A stretch of DNA of 64,000 nt from Monocercomonoides exilis PA203 (Eukaryota; Protista; Preaxostyla), in contig LSRY02000046.1 in the NCBI GenBank assembly GCA_001643675.2, forward strand, positions 124,001 to 188,000, read 5' to 3'. Within the stretch, counting starts at the first letter, position 1. Every line of letters starts with the position of its first letter. Shown here one piece after another: positions 51,610-64,000 of the stretch. The notes beneath the pieces were generated by a model. That model made no database searches, had not been told where the DNA came from, and worked only from the letters and a program-made list of their open reading frames with translations. The position numbers were made by a program, and so were the translations under genes.

Positions 51610-54600
51610 ATATGTCATAACGACAAATTCAGAAAAGCCGTTTTCTCAGATACACATGTCAAAATTTTTTTAAGAAGTTCTTTTTGTTTAATTTTCAAAT
51701 AAAGAGAAATTTCATATTTCGATCAAATTTCTGTTTCCACTCATCTAATTTTGCAATTATAAAAACAAAATCTTGACAATGTTATTATTTCCATTTATAT
51801 GAATTTTCATGATTGGGAACGGAAATTTGATCGAAATAGGAAATATTTATTCTTTTAGAAAATTTAACAAAAAGGAACTTTTCAAAAAAAATTTGACACA
51901 TATGAGAAATTTAAGATTAGAAATATCGACATCTTTTCTTAAGCTTCTCATAAAATTTTTTCGATTGTTAAATCAGTTCATTTGATTGCCTCAAAATATC
52001 ATCAAAGATATAGTATTTAGAAACATGAACATTTCAAGACATGTTTAAGTTTCAAACCTATGCCAAAATTTTTAACAGCTGGGAAAAGATGGACGGATCA
52101 TTGAAATTGTTGAAATGATGCTTTGACGTAGAAAATTCGTTGAGTGCAAAATAAACAACCGTAGACAAAATTCTGTATAGTTAATAACAATAATAATAAT
52201 AAACCGATGAATATTGCTTGGAACAATTTCTTTCATGCGGAAACTTTTAAAAGGACCCAAGAAATTTATTATTTTTCATCTCGAAATATGGATTTTTTCA
52301 GAAATTTTGGTCTAATTATTCATTATGCAATTATTTTCTGATTGCACATGGATGATCTTGAATTCTAAATTAGCTTCTTCAACGAATTATTTCTTAACAC
52401 AAATGATACATGGGAATGGTTCAGAAATGAAGTGTTGAATCAAAGATACAAAGAATGTACAAATTGCCATTATGAAATTTTTCTCAATGAATGAAATCCT
52501 AATTTCCATGCAATGGAGGTGCTTCAGATGCAATCAAACAATAAGCCTGCTATCAAATCTTTCAAAAGAAAATCAAAAATATGAATTTTCAAAAAATGGA
52601 TTTTTTCATTTATAAATGGATGAAGCTTTCAATTTCTCAAACTTCTTCACTTCTTGGTGTCCATAGAAACACAGTTGGTTTTTACTATTCCCTTGCAACA
52701 GCAGCAATGGTGCAGAGCGCAGAATCATCATTTCAGCCAATTGGAGGAGAAAATTCAATTGTCGAAATTAACAAAGCAATTTTGAACAAAAGAAAATATT
52801 ATAAAGGCAGATGGAAGAAGCAGATCTGGCTATTTGGAGCTGCACAAAAAACTCAGGACGGGAAACAAGGATGCTTTTTTTATTTTCAGAGTCCCTAAAA
52901 GAAAAAAAGACACATTGCTACCAATCATTCAGGCAAATATCATTCCAGGAACTGTGATTCACAGTGATGAATGGAGAGCCTTCTCATCTCTCAGTGATCT
53001 CGATTATGGCCACAAAACAATCTGCCAAAAATATCATTTTTAATACTCAGAAAGCGAAATATGCACAGATATGATTCAGGGACTTTGGAGTCAATTTCGA
53101 AGAGATTTGCATCGTACGAGGATGAAGGAAAATTCATTGATGATTATCTTTCTTCTTTTGTGTTTCTAAAAAGAAAACAATCAACGTTTGTTGAAACTGT
53201 GAGAGAAATATTTCCAATGTGAAGCGGAAGAATAAGTTGAAGAAGAAAAGGAAGGCCACAAAAAAGATGATGAATTGGATGAACAAGTTTTATCTGAAAA
53301 ATATGAAGAAATTTCTGAGGACACCATGGAAGTTAGAGATGGAGCAAAGCATTCTGAATATGAACACGAATAAAAAACAGTAGCATTGCTTAAATCACAT
53401 TTGTTAAGTAATATTTGTTTGCATATCAATCTCAAATTGCAAATTTTTTTAAAATTTTCTATCAAATTTTTAAAAATTTTTGATCAAAAAATAATTATAC
53501 AAAAAATTCAATATTTTTTTTCGAGTTTCCGCAAATAGTTGAAAGAAAAAAACATATGTGCACGACATGTTATCATCATAGCTTCAACATATGTTAATTT
53601 TATTCACGGTCGTAAATTGTGAATTAACCTATGTTTCAATGTTCTTTTGTTGTGCCCACTTGTTAAAAAGAAAATAATTATCTTGTTAAAATTGGTGAAA
53701 GGGAAAATCAAAATTTGTTTTTGCTGAGAGGCAGAACGAAACAATGTTTCTCGAACAACTGAACAGGCAAAGAAATTGAAGGGACGCAACGAAACTGAAG
53801 ATCTTCTTCATTTCTGTTGAAATCACAAATGACATTGTGAAATGTTTTCCCAGAAAAGTCTGAAATCGCTTCGAAAACATCATAACAGGATTGTCGATGA
53901 AAATAAAAAGAAAGAAATAGACAATGAAATTGCAGTGCAATGCCAAAAAAGCATTTGGTGAAAAGACGAGGATGCAAATAGCAAAATCAAATACACATCA
54001 TTCCTCTTCTTGCGTTCTCATCTTCAATTCAACTCTTTCTCAGCAAATCGAAATGAATGCCCTGAATTGGTTGTTTGAAGCATGCCTCTCTTTCTTCATC
54101 GTTGACGTCATATTCTTCACAGAATCCAACAAAAGATGCCAGCTTGTTGGATGTCCCACTCGAATTGATGATGATCTTGCTGGCTTCAGTTTCTCCTTTT
54201 GTGAAGACAGTTCAACAACTTTCATGAGCGTGGTGCAAAAAAAAGATATATTTTGATTTTTTCTGAATACAGAAAATGTGGCTTATCACTTTGTAATTAT
54301 CTCAAATAAAACAATTTGTTTCTTCTTCTTCTTCTTCTTTTCTGCTTTGACTGTTGATGCGCCTTGTTGTGCTTGATTGAGTCATCTGAGTCGAAGTGAA
54401 AGTGGAAGAAGACGAAGAAGGATGAAAAGGTGGAATGACGATGAATTTTATGAAGAAGAAAAAGAGGAAGAAGAAGATTGGCCAATTGAGACAAACAAAG
54501 TGGATCTGCTGAAAAGACAATAACATTCATTTTGAAATGTTTGAAGAATGTGACTCTTCAGTCTGTGTGAATGAAAGGCACTCAAAAAAAGAAAGAAAAA

Positions 54601-54981
54601 TAGATGAAATACGCAAATGTTGAGTTTGAGGGAAGTTGAATGCGAACTGAGCGGGGCTGGCTCTTCTTCAACAATGTTGAGGAAGAAGGTTGAAAAAAGT
54701 TGGCTTTAATTTGACAATTCCCATGCTGAGAAAGATGGCACGGCCTCGTTGCATTTCTTGATAGTCAAGAACTGAAAGCCATTAAACTGAAAATAAGTAT
54801 CGAAACAGAATGCAAGAACTGTGCTTTTGGAAGGCAAATGAAGAGTGAAGAGCAAATCGAAAATGACACTTATCTCCAATTAATCTGATGCTGGTCATAT
54901 TACAAACGCTTTCAAACATCGAATAATAATCAATTGACTTGCTCAAAATGGCTGTCCCTTCGAAGAATGAAATCTAAATGC
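51610..54981. repeat. Copy B (right part) of the inverted duplication
   Basis: Reverse complement of 1-3372. Probably continues past 54981, but its partner lies outside the window. Confidence 0.95.
52139..53629 (+). mobile_element. Merlin relic, duplicate of 1352-2843 (transposase pseudogene from 52348)
   Basis: Mirror copy sharing the same inactivating stops, so it was duplicated passively. Confidence 0.8.
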
Positions 54982-55996
54982 AGTTGGACAGAATGTTGTT
55001 TGATTCCCAACAAATATTCGATTATTGAATGTCTCGTCGTTGGCGTTTCTCATTTGTTTTGCTTCAAAAGTGGAATCAGAAATTGAATTTTTTGCTTTCC
55101 ATATCTGTCTGGTGCAGCCCAAGAAACAGGAAAACCTTATAAATGAAATTGACAATTTGGGGTTTTCCTTTTTTCCATTGAATTATCGCATTTTTTGTGA
55201 TAAGCATACTTCCCTTGATATTGCCATCCACTTTCCTTGCCAAAAAACCACTTTCCTGCCTCACGTTCCAAAATCCTATCTAATTTTGATTGTTCCTTAT
55301 TTTTCTCAGAATACAATCCATAAATCAACATTTTATAAAATAACAGTCGAATTTGTTTCACCTCTTGCTCCAATCAAGAAATTATGAATCATGTATCTTG
55401 CACACATTCCTTTATTTAACAATTGTCAAACAATTATCTGCTCCATTCTCATCGTTATGCTCTCCAAAGCGGATATTGGCCATTTCAACAATTAGTCAGA
55501 TTCCTGGGCTTTGGAAAGAATACAGATGGAAATATCCTTAGAATCAATAGAACAACAAAAATTACATGTATTACGTCTTTTGTGTTATTAATGAAATTGT
55601 TGGGTTTCTTTGACCATCCAATTGACAAAAATAATCAGATAGAATTCCAAAAATATTGCATTGCCTCATTTCTTGTTATCTCCACAGGAAATAATATTCC
55701 CAGTTCTACAGGAAATGTTCATTCAGTGTTTTCTCATTTTGCCAATTTCCATTCCAGTGCAAATAATTCTTTTTAATCATTTTATCCGTTGCAGATAAAG
55801 ACAAATCGAAGAAGCGTTATTTTCCATCATAATTACTGCACAAAAATACATGTGCAAAAAATAAAGGTTTGAGTGAATACATTTTCCGACTTTTTTTAGA
55901 GTATTTATATTTCATCTAATTCTTCTTTCCAAACTTTTGCATGTTCAATGTGAATATCAAAATTGTGTTGTTTTCTGAATGAAATTCTTTTTAAAG

Positions 55997-57440
55997 ATGA
56001 TTGAAAAGAATGTTACCGAAAAATTCGCAGGTGTGCATTCATTGTTGCACTTGCATTCTTGTTGATTGGATTTCTTTCTTAGTTATTAATTTTAATTTAA
56101 GAATTGTTTTCTAAATTTGAAGATTGCGATGATGAAGAACAGAGAAAGAAAATCGAAGAAATAAATGGATTTGTGGAAAATATGAAAAAAAGAGGAATTC
56201 AAATCTGTTTTCACAAAAGAACTATTCGACAAATTGGATAAAATGATAGAAGAAAAGAAATTTTCTTTGGAAAATGCATTGCTTTTATTGAAAAGTATTA
56301 ATTATCGCAGGGTGCTTACAGATATTTATTGTTCAAGTGATGAAACTACTTTTCTGAACAAAAGATTAGAGAAGATGATTGTTGATGAAGAACAAAAAAA
56401 AGAAGAAAAGAGCAAAAAGCTGTTTGCAGATCTTTGCGAATGCTATCTTTTGCTTAACGGCACGTTTTCTTCAGAATTATTTTCAATTTGTATTTTCTGC
56501 CTTTTGAAAGTTGCGTTGAAGAAAGAGGAAAACGAGGAGACTCAAAAAGGAGTAGAAATGGCTTTGCTGGCTTTGAGTAAAATCATAGCGTGGAATGTGT
56601 GATTCATTTGTTTTTGCGTTTGGAGAATTGTTTTGCTTTTCTTATTGATATTTTTCTCCTTTTTTTCAGGAAATGGGTCAAGAACTTTTCCTGAATGCAA
56701 TCAAAGAGATCATGAAATACCATCAAAAGCATCACAATCTGACGCGACTTGCCTATCAATCTGCTTGGCAGTTTTTGATCAACAGATTGAGCTATGAAAA
56801 AAGTTTGGAAGGTGTAATTGTGAACGAGCTGCATTTTGTGAGAGAAGCAAGAAAAGAATTGGAGGAACTTGCAAAAAGTGTGGATTGGAAGAGAAAAGCA
56901 GAAGAGAATGAAAGAAGAGGAAAAGAAAGGAAAGAAGAGTTTGTTTTATTGAGATTGCTCCAAACTTGTGGGTCTTATTTTCTCTATTGCAACTTGTGGA
57001 ATGAAGAATTTGCTGGGCTTATTGATGACATTGTTCAAGCGTTGAAAGTATCAAAGGATAATTATAGAGAAACTTTCAAAGAATGCATTTATTCGTTGAA
57101 GGCGGCCGCAGATAATAGGGCAGTGAAGATTGACTTCTTGGTGAAAGGAGGGGCTGTTGATGCTATTTTGGAGGAGATTCAGCAGCAAACAATGGATGAC
57201 AAATTAACACTTGAATGCACGAGATTTTTTGAATCGATTTCAAGTAGATTAAAAGAATAGGAATGTGAATCTGATGAAACGAAAAGAAAAAACTTGCAAA
57301 GGAAATTATTTGAAAAGATGGAAGAAGATGGATACGAAGACATCGTTGCAAGTTTTCAAGAAATGTTTAATTTTCATAACAAAATTGTATTTGACGAAGA
57401 TTTATTGTTGGATTTTTATGATCATTTTTTGAATTCTTGA
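55997..57440 (+). pseudogene. Member of an expanded helical hypothetical protein family, disrupted
   Basis: MIEKNVTEKFA, intron 56031-56101, ...KEENEETQKGVEMALLALS...LTRLAYQSAWQFLINR...KMEEDGYEDI. Frameshift in an A-run (~56190) and in-frame TAG at 57258. I recall this family from Monocercomonoides; not verified. Confidence 0.6.
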
Positions 57441-57556
57441 GGAAACGAAAAGCTTTGTTTTTTGTAAATCAAAATATTTGTTTTTCTTTTTTTCTCCATT
57501 TCACAAAATGTTAAAAAAAAATAGACTTTTAATCAAAGCACCCAATTTAATTTTCT

Positions 57557-59398
57557 ATGCAAAGTTCAATCCCTGTTTTGAGGCAACAAACAGCGTACCA
57601 TGTAAATTGTGCTTCATTCAGTTCAAGATCGCAAACTCTGATTTTAGGAACCACGGATGGTTATAGACTTTATTCAACAAAATCAAGAAAGCTGCTTTCT
57701 ACAGGATGTTCGTTTTTCTTGTGTTTTTATAAAACGTGTTAGATTCTTTCTTCTCTAAATTAAACATACATCAAAAGGTGAAGGTGAAGACATTCAGCTC
57801 ATAAAATTGTGGGGAGAAAAAGCTTGTGCTGGATTAATTTCTTTATCATTTGACAGCTCACAAGGAACAAAATTTCAATTGATTGACTTGTCACAAAAAC
57901 CCTCTCGAATCATTGATAGTATAGAATTCAAAACTCCAATAAAAGACTTTTCGTTTTCAAGAAATACGTTTGCTTTTGATTCATTGAATAAAAGATTTTA
58001 TATTAAATTTAAAAAGATTGAATGTCATTTTGGCAAATTTTATTTATATATTTGAGCTTCCATCATTGACTTTGTTGTTTGCAGAGAGTTTGAGTAGATT
58101 TTTTTTGTAATTTTTTTTTATTCAAATGTTTTCAGTCACCACTCCAGGCACTGAGTCATCTGATGTTGCTCTTATGGCTTCTTCATTTGAAACTTCTCGC
58201 GTTGCATTCAGCGGTGTTGTTGTTAGTTCAAGCTGCAAGGTTGGAGTTACAGTTAGCGATCAACCATCACTGGTTACTGGCAAAGGAAGCTTTTCTGTAT
58301 TGACAAATGTGAACAAACTTGTGGAATTATATCGTAAATGTTTAAAAGAATTTGAAGATGCGACTTCAAATAAAATTGGGGAGCAAAGCACGCAAGAGAC
58401 ATTAACAGCTATTCCTTCCTCTAAAACAGAAATTCCAACTACACTTTCTTCTGATATTTCGCAGACAGAAAACGCAAATTTCATAAGCAGAGGGAAAAAA
58501 ACAATTTTCAGCTCTCCATTCTGCTTTGCGACCTCGTGCGATGCATATTCTGCTTCCTTTTCTATTTTTACTCCATTTTCGCAGTCGTTGCATTCGCTGT
58601 CAATTTCGAATGATGGAACATGGGCGGCTGCATCCGCATCAAATGTATGCGCAACCCTTCTTTTTATTGTTTCCAACAAAAGTGATACCAAACATTTAAT
58701 GATACTTTCTGTTGATAAAATAAACATTCATTTTTGTCAAATCAACAGCAGGGCTTTTCTTCCGACTTCTTCCTTGTTCACGTTGACAAACGAGCACATT
58801 TCAGAATGAAATTGGGAGTTGCACCTTCACTTCAGTTTTCTCCTTGTTTGCCACACTCTTTAAAAACTCTACACATTTTATTTTCATATTTAACTTTATT
58901 TGCATCCTGATATTTCTTTAAAAACCTTTTTTTTTCCCGCATCTTCTTCATCTTCTTTGTTATAATTTATTTATTACGCATTTTTTTTTTCAATTTTGAA
59001 TGCTCGATTTTATTTGCAGCCATCGTATTCTCCCCAAATTCTACAATTGTGCTCGTTCGTCTGAATGACAACAAAGTGTGCGTGTTCGAAAAGAAACTGT
59101 CTCTCCAAACCGAAGCAGATTCTTCTTCTCAAGACAGAGTTGACCAAGCAACTTGGCCATCAGCGCCCACGAGGGTAATTAAAAATCTTCGAGAAACATC
59201 AGAAAAAATTGGATTAATGGCAGATTCTGATGATAGAGATATCTATGTTTGCATAATTAATGACGCTTTTTCATTTCAAGATTTCAATGCCTTTTGTTAT
59301 TGATTTAGATTATTTCGGATAACTGCGTGCTTTACACATTTTGTAAATCTTGGCGCGGGGAGTTATCAGATTCTCCAGTAACAAAAGTTCTTCAATGA
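57557..59398 (+). CDS. Divergent multi-exon WD40 protein, Atg18/WIPI (PROPPIN)-like
   Basis: CASFSSRSQTLILGTTDGYRLY, SLSISNDGTWAAASAS, IVFSPNSTIVLVR...VCVF and terminal IISDNCVLYTF...GEL follow PROPPIN blade order. Internal exon boundaries approximate. Confidence 0.55.
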
Positions 59399-59566
59399 TC
59401 ATGCACCAAAAAATGTTCAATTTTTCAATTTTATATTTTGTACTTAATTTTATGTTATTATTATTATTATAATTTTATTTTGTAATATTGAGGAAAATAA
59501 TATACGAATAGTATTCTCCCATATTCTAAAAATTAGTAATTTCTTTTTGCGTTTCAAAGGTATTTA

Positions 59567-61032
59567 ATGGACATTGACCAAAATGAAACAGTTTGAATGC
59601 ATTAAAATTTTGAAATCTACATTGCCACAATTTTATTATAATAATTATTTTCTTCTTCATCAAAATATTTGAAATATTTAAAACAAGACACATTTTCAGT
59701 CATCATTCAATGTCCTTGAATGCTTTAATTCTCTTGGATTCCACAATTCATCTGAGGATTCAACGCTGTTGAAACTTTGGAAATTGTTTCAAGGATTAAT
59801 TGAACCAGGTGTAAGAACTCTTCAAAATGAATTGTCATCGAGAAATGAGGAACAATTACAAATTCCACAAGAAAGAATTGAAAAAGAAAAAAGCGAATGC
59901 TTGAAACTTCAACGAAAAGTTCATTCAACGATAGACTTATTGGAAAATTTAATTTTTATTCGAGGAATTCCATCTACTTCTGTCGAGCACCATCCAATAT
60001 TTATGCATTTTATCGAACAACGTCAATACAATCCAGAAGAAATTAGAAATGCCTTTTCCATGCATGGAAAATTGGAAGAACTTGAGGCGATAATTATCAA
60101 GTGGCAATCGCAATACAAGTTGATCCTTCATTTCGATCCGACTCCTTCTCGTGATCCAAGCATTCCCACTCTTCCCATAGAAAAGTACATTATTCGATGG
60201 CAACAGGTTGGTAAGGCTTGCAAATCAATAGATACAGCTTTGAAGAATGAATGGGTGCGTAGAGCCGTGGAAATACATGACCAAATGAATGAACGAAGGA
60301 AATTCTTGACTACCTTTCCAGGAGATGCATCGTTGACAGCAGAAATGTCAGAAAAGATTAACTTTGTGGATTGGTTGGGAAGGCTTCCTATTCAGCCAGT
60401 TTTGGAAGCTCACACATTTGGCGATGCAAGCGACGGCATAATGCTGTTCTTCAAGGCTTTTCCCCGGGAAATGGAAGGCAGCGTGCTGCAGCATGCCCCA
60501 GAGCTGGTGGCGTGCATGGCTGGTGAGGTGCCGCTGGTGCTGACGCGTATTGTCAGCGAGAAGCGACTGCTGCACCAGCGCCCGAGCGAAGTCTCAGCGA
60601 CACTGCGGGAGCTGCGGGAGGTTGTGGATGTGTGGACGGAACAGTTCAAGCTTTTTGCCAACAACCGCTCGGCTGCCCTGCTGCGGAAGGAGCAGAGGCG
60701 CACGCTGGCTTCGATGTCAGCGGCAGAGTACTATTCTGCGTTCCAGGCGAAAGAGGCGCCGCTGGAGAACCCGCTGTTCAAAGGGCAGCTGAGAAACACA
60801 GTGAACAGGCGGTTGGACGATATTGAACGTGTCACAAACGACATTTTCCTTCTGTTTGACACGGCACAGATTGTATTTCCGAACAGAGCAATCGATTTAG
60901 AGACTGCGCTCGCAAAAACAGAAGGCAGAATGACGCAAAAGCAGAGAATGCTTCTTCAGCAACAGGAAAAGAATGAAAATGACATGCAAAACAGGATGAT
61001 GAGAATCGAGCTTGAAGCATTTGATGCGCAGG

Positions 61033-61071
<39 letters not shown>

Positions 61072-64000
61072 GTTCTTCTGATTCCTCTTTTTCCCTCTGT
61101 TCCACCCACACGCCATCCGCTTTCCACAATGCAGTTCAGCTGATAAAGCAACGACATCCGCTGATGCGTCTTCTGAGTGGCTATGCGAACTTCTGCGAGG
61201 CTGCCGAGCAGATTTTGCTGGACACGACACCCGAAGGAATAGCTGAATGGGAGCGAATTCGAGGGTTGCTGGACAAAGAGACGCAGAAGTTCGACGGCGC
61301 AGTGTGCAGACTGATTGAAATGCACATTGCAGTGAAGAAGAGAAGCGAAAGAATGAAAGAGCAGGGCGGAAGAAGCGGAGGGGCACAAGAAAAGACAAAC
61401 GGAAGCTTAAATATGGGCTCTTTCAGAGAGATTAAAGAGAGATTCACACAAAGTCCCTCGCTTGCTGTGTTTGAAGTATTGCTGCGGTTTGGCCCTCTGA
61501 TCAGACTGCGAAAGGAGATTGCTGAAAAAGAAGTGCTGTATTGCGACGAGTTTGAGAGAGAATGTGACATTTTGATGAGAAGTGCCAACGATATTATGAG
61601 GAAGCAGAACATATCTATCGACGGCTTATCAACTTCTTCGCCTTCTTCATCAGCAAATTCATTTTCCTCAACAGCAAATGCGCTGATGATTCTTTCACGT
61701 ACCTCGTTTCAGCACATTTCTGCTGCGTCTGTGCATCCAATCACACCAAATGCAAATGGATCTTTCAGAAGCAATTCTGCTTTGTCTTCTTCAAACTCAG
61801 CCAATCATGCCCAATTCTCATTCTCTGCAACACCTTTCTCCTTCACTTCCATCCTCAGCAACGCCCTCACAAACAAGCCTTTCTCGTCAGGCCAAGTTCT
61901 GCTAAAAGCACAGTACATGAAACAGTGGCAGCTCCTCACCGATGCAATCAACGTTGTCCGTCTTGCATTCTCTCTTCCCCCCTTTCCCCGCCTGCAAATC
62001 GCGAATGAGATGCACACACCGCCCCACTCACACAACTTCGATCTCCTGTCTGCTGGCATCAAGCAGGGACTTTCACAGACACTCGAGCAAGGTATTTGGC
62101 TCAGCAGCCGCTCAGACAACGTGCTGGCTGTTGTGAGTGCAGACGCTCTGCCGCTGCAGCCGAAGACAGACGCAGAGCGGAGGCTGATCGAGTTTTCGCC
62201 GGCTGCTCTGACACTTCTGACGGCAAAGGGACAGCCGCAGCATCAAAAGAGAGAGAGCAGAAAGTGCGTGCTGCGGGTGAATGTGCTGGAGTCACTACTT
62301 TCACTTTCTGCTGAGCGTAGGTTGTGGAGCGTTTTAACGTTCGATGCAAAAGCGCTGCTTCCATTTATTGACAGCATAAGCACAGTTAGAAAACACACAG
62401 TGCTTCTGAAAAGAGCCGTCGACACATTCATTCGATCAACTTCGCTTTTGAATTCTTGTTCGTCTCGTGCTTATACAGCATTTGCGATCGGACAACAGAA
62501 CTTTGCAGGAACAAGAACAGAATATTCATCTCATAACAATACTAATTCAGTTATAACAACATCGTCATTATCAACTTCTTCAATTCCAATTCCATTTCAA
62601 TCTTCAATTATGAATGTGACTCCTCCTTCTCAGCCATCTTCAAGCAGCGCTCAGCTGACACACACACTCACGCCCACCTCGATGCTTGCCATTCCTCTCA
62701 ACGCCCTCCACATTGGAACAGGAAACGAGGCATTGCCTCCAAAAGCCCCAACAACCAGCTCCAGTTTGTTGTCCAGCAATTCAACCAATTCTGTCACTGC
62801 CTCATCATCTTCCACACAAAATACACATGATGATATGAATGCAGGCAACTTCCAGCTTCCTCCGTCGAATGTTTCGTCTGCCTCAGACTTCTTCCAGTTT
62901 GTACTTAAGACGCCAAGTGGAGTTCGAGGCACTTCTCAATCACCTTCCAGCTCTTTGCCAGTCGGAAGCGTTTTTGCGTCGTCTTTTTCAGAGAGACAGC
63001 AACAGACCTCTTCTCAATCGCCATCAAATTCATCTTCTCCTTCTCCTTCAATTTCTTATGAGGCCCAGCGTCATCGACTGCTATTGAAGCAGCCGCTTCT
63101 GCGCTGCCATCGACTGATAAACGAAGGAGTAAACACCGCTCGCTGGCGAGGCAGGCAAATGAACGATAGACTGCCTCACTTTGTGAGAGAGTTTGGCGAA
63201 GCGGTTCAGCGGCTGTCGCTTTGTGTTGAATGTGTGATTGAAGGAGAGAGAACTCTGGCTGACTGCGTAGAAGAATTGTGGAAGGCTCCGTTGTTGTTAG
63301 CAAAAGATGGTAACAAAATTGAAGAGGAAAGACACGAAAATGGATCGTGGAACAAAGAACACAGCTATCTTGCTGATTCAAACAAAGCCTCACCTTCAAA
63401 TAACAGACAAAGACAAAATGAAGTTTCCAAAAGAAAAGCCGAATTTAATGGAGCTCTTTTTGATACGACGCCGTTTATCATTCAACTACAGCGTGCTTCT
63501 CGTGTTGTGTCTTCTCTTCAGCAGACTGGTTTAGATACCAAAAGCATCAACACGTGGATTGAGCCCTGGCTGAATGAGATCAGCACGTCACTCTCTGCCA
63601 GGCTTTGCGAAGCACTGCAGCTGTGGCTTCTGTCTTTTTGCAGAAATTCAAAAAATCTCTGCAACTTTGGTGTGGATGTTGTGAAGCTGAGGGAAGAAAT
63701 CAAACCTCCCTTGATGCTGCTCCAGCAAATTGAGAAGATGGACATTGCGAACAGTTTATCATTGAATGGAAATGGAAATTCCTCATTGACAGCATCTTCA
63801 TCAGCACAACATTCATCAACCCAACCGTATTATTCAGACGATGCATCTGTGCCATCACATCTTCAGTTTCCTTCATTGGTTGTTTGTCTTACTTTGGATC
63901 CCTCGGCAAACAATGTGACTTCTTCTCCTTCAATCGGTGAGCTGAGATGCTCCTGCTTTGATCAGCTGCAATCAATCATCAACGAGTTTGTTGGGTTACC
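59567..64000 (+). CDS. Cytoplasmic dynein heavy chain, N-terminal tail (truncated by window end)
   Basis: Micro-exon 59567-59590 and intron to 59699, then a frame that appears open to the window end (missing from the ORF track because it has no stop). IPSTSVEHHPI, LPIQPVLEA, VVDVWTEQF, LDTTPEGIAEWE and LSARLCEALQLW parallel DYNC1H1 tail segments in order. Confidence 0.8.

Noticed and set aside
53630-55990. Possible decayed transposase or host gene (mirrored at 1-1351)
   Set aside because: Coding-like, but no diagnostic motif could be read in any frame.
57258-57260. TAR-to-Gln reassignment as an explanation for in-frame stops
   Set aside because: The PDI-like gene ends KDEL-TAA and PABP ends in TAA just after its MLLE domain; intact genes have no internal TAR.

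Overview
AT-rich, intron-containing eukaryotic DNA using the standard genetic code (KDEL is followed by TAA). The poly-Ser expansions, GTTTG splice donors and gene families suggest an oxymonad such as Monocercomonoides; this is an inference. Host genes: an ER PDI-like protein (CPHS site, KDEL end), poly(A)-binding protein, cathepsin B, an Atg18/WIPI-like WD40 gene and the 5' part of cytoplasmic dynein heavy chain. The main structure is a 35,484-bp insertion (16126-51609) with 28-bp terminal inverted repeats (GGGTG...CACCC, 27/28 match), weaker long arms and an ATAT target duplication. Its empty target site is present in the same window, in an inverted duplicate of the flanks (1-4214). Inside the insertion is a nested TIR element of about 6.3 kb. 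It encodes an intact Sola-type DDD transposase with a USP (C19) deubiquitinase domain inserted in it, and a GC-rich multi-stem RNA-like structure follows the stop codon. The insertion also carries a second USP gene with about 16 x 582-bp tandem repeats, a Ulp2/SENP protease fragment and a mosaic of decayed host-gene fragments. Merlin (ISXO2-like) and pogo relics and several MITEs lie in the flanks. Family assignments come from recalled motifs, not database searches.
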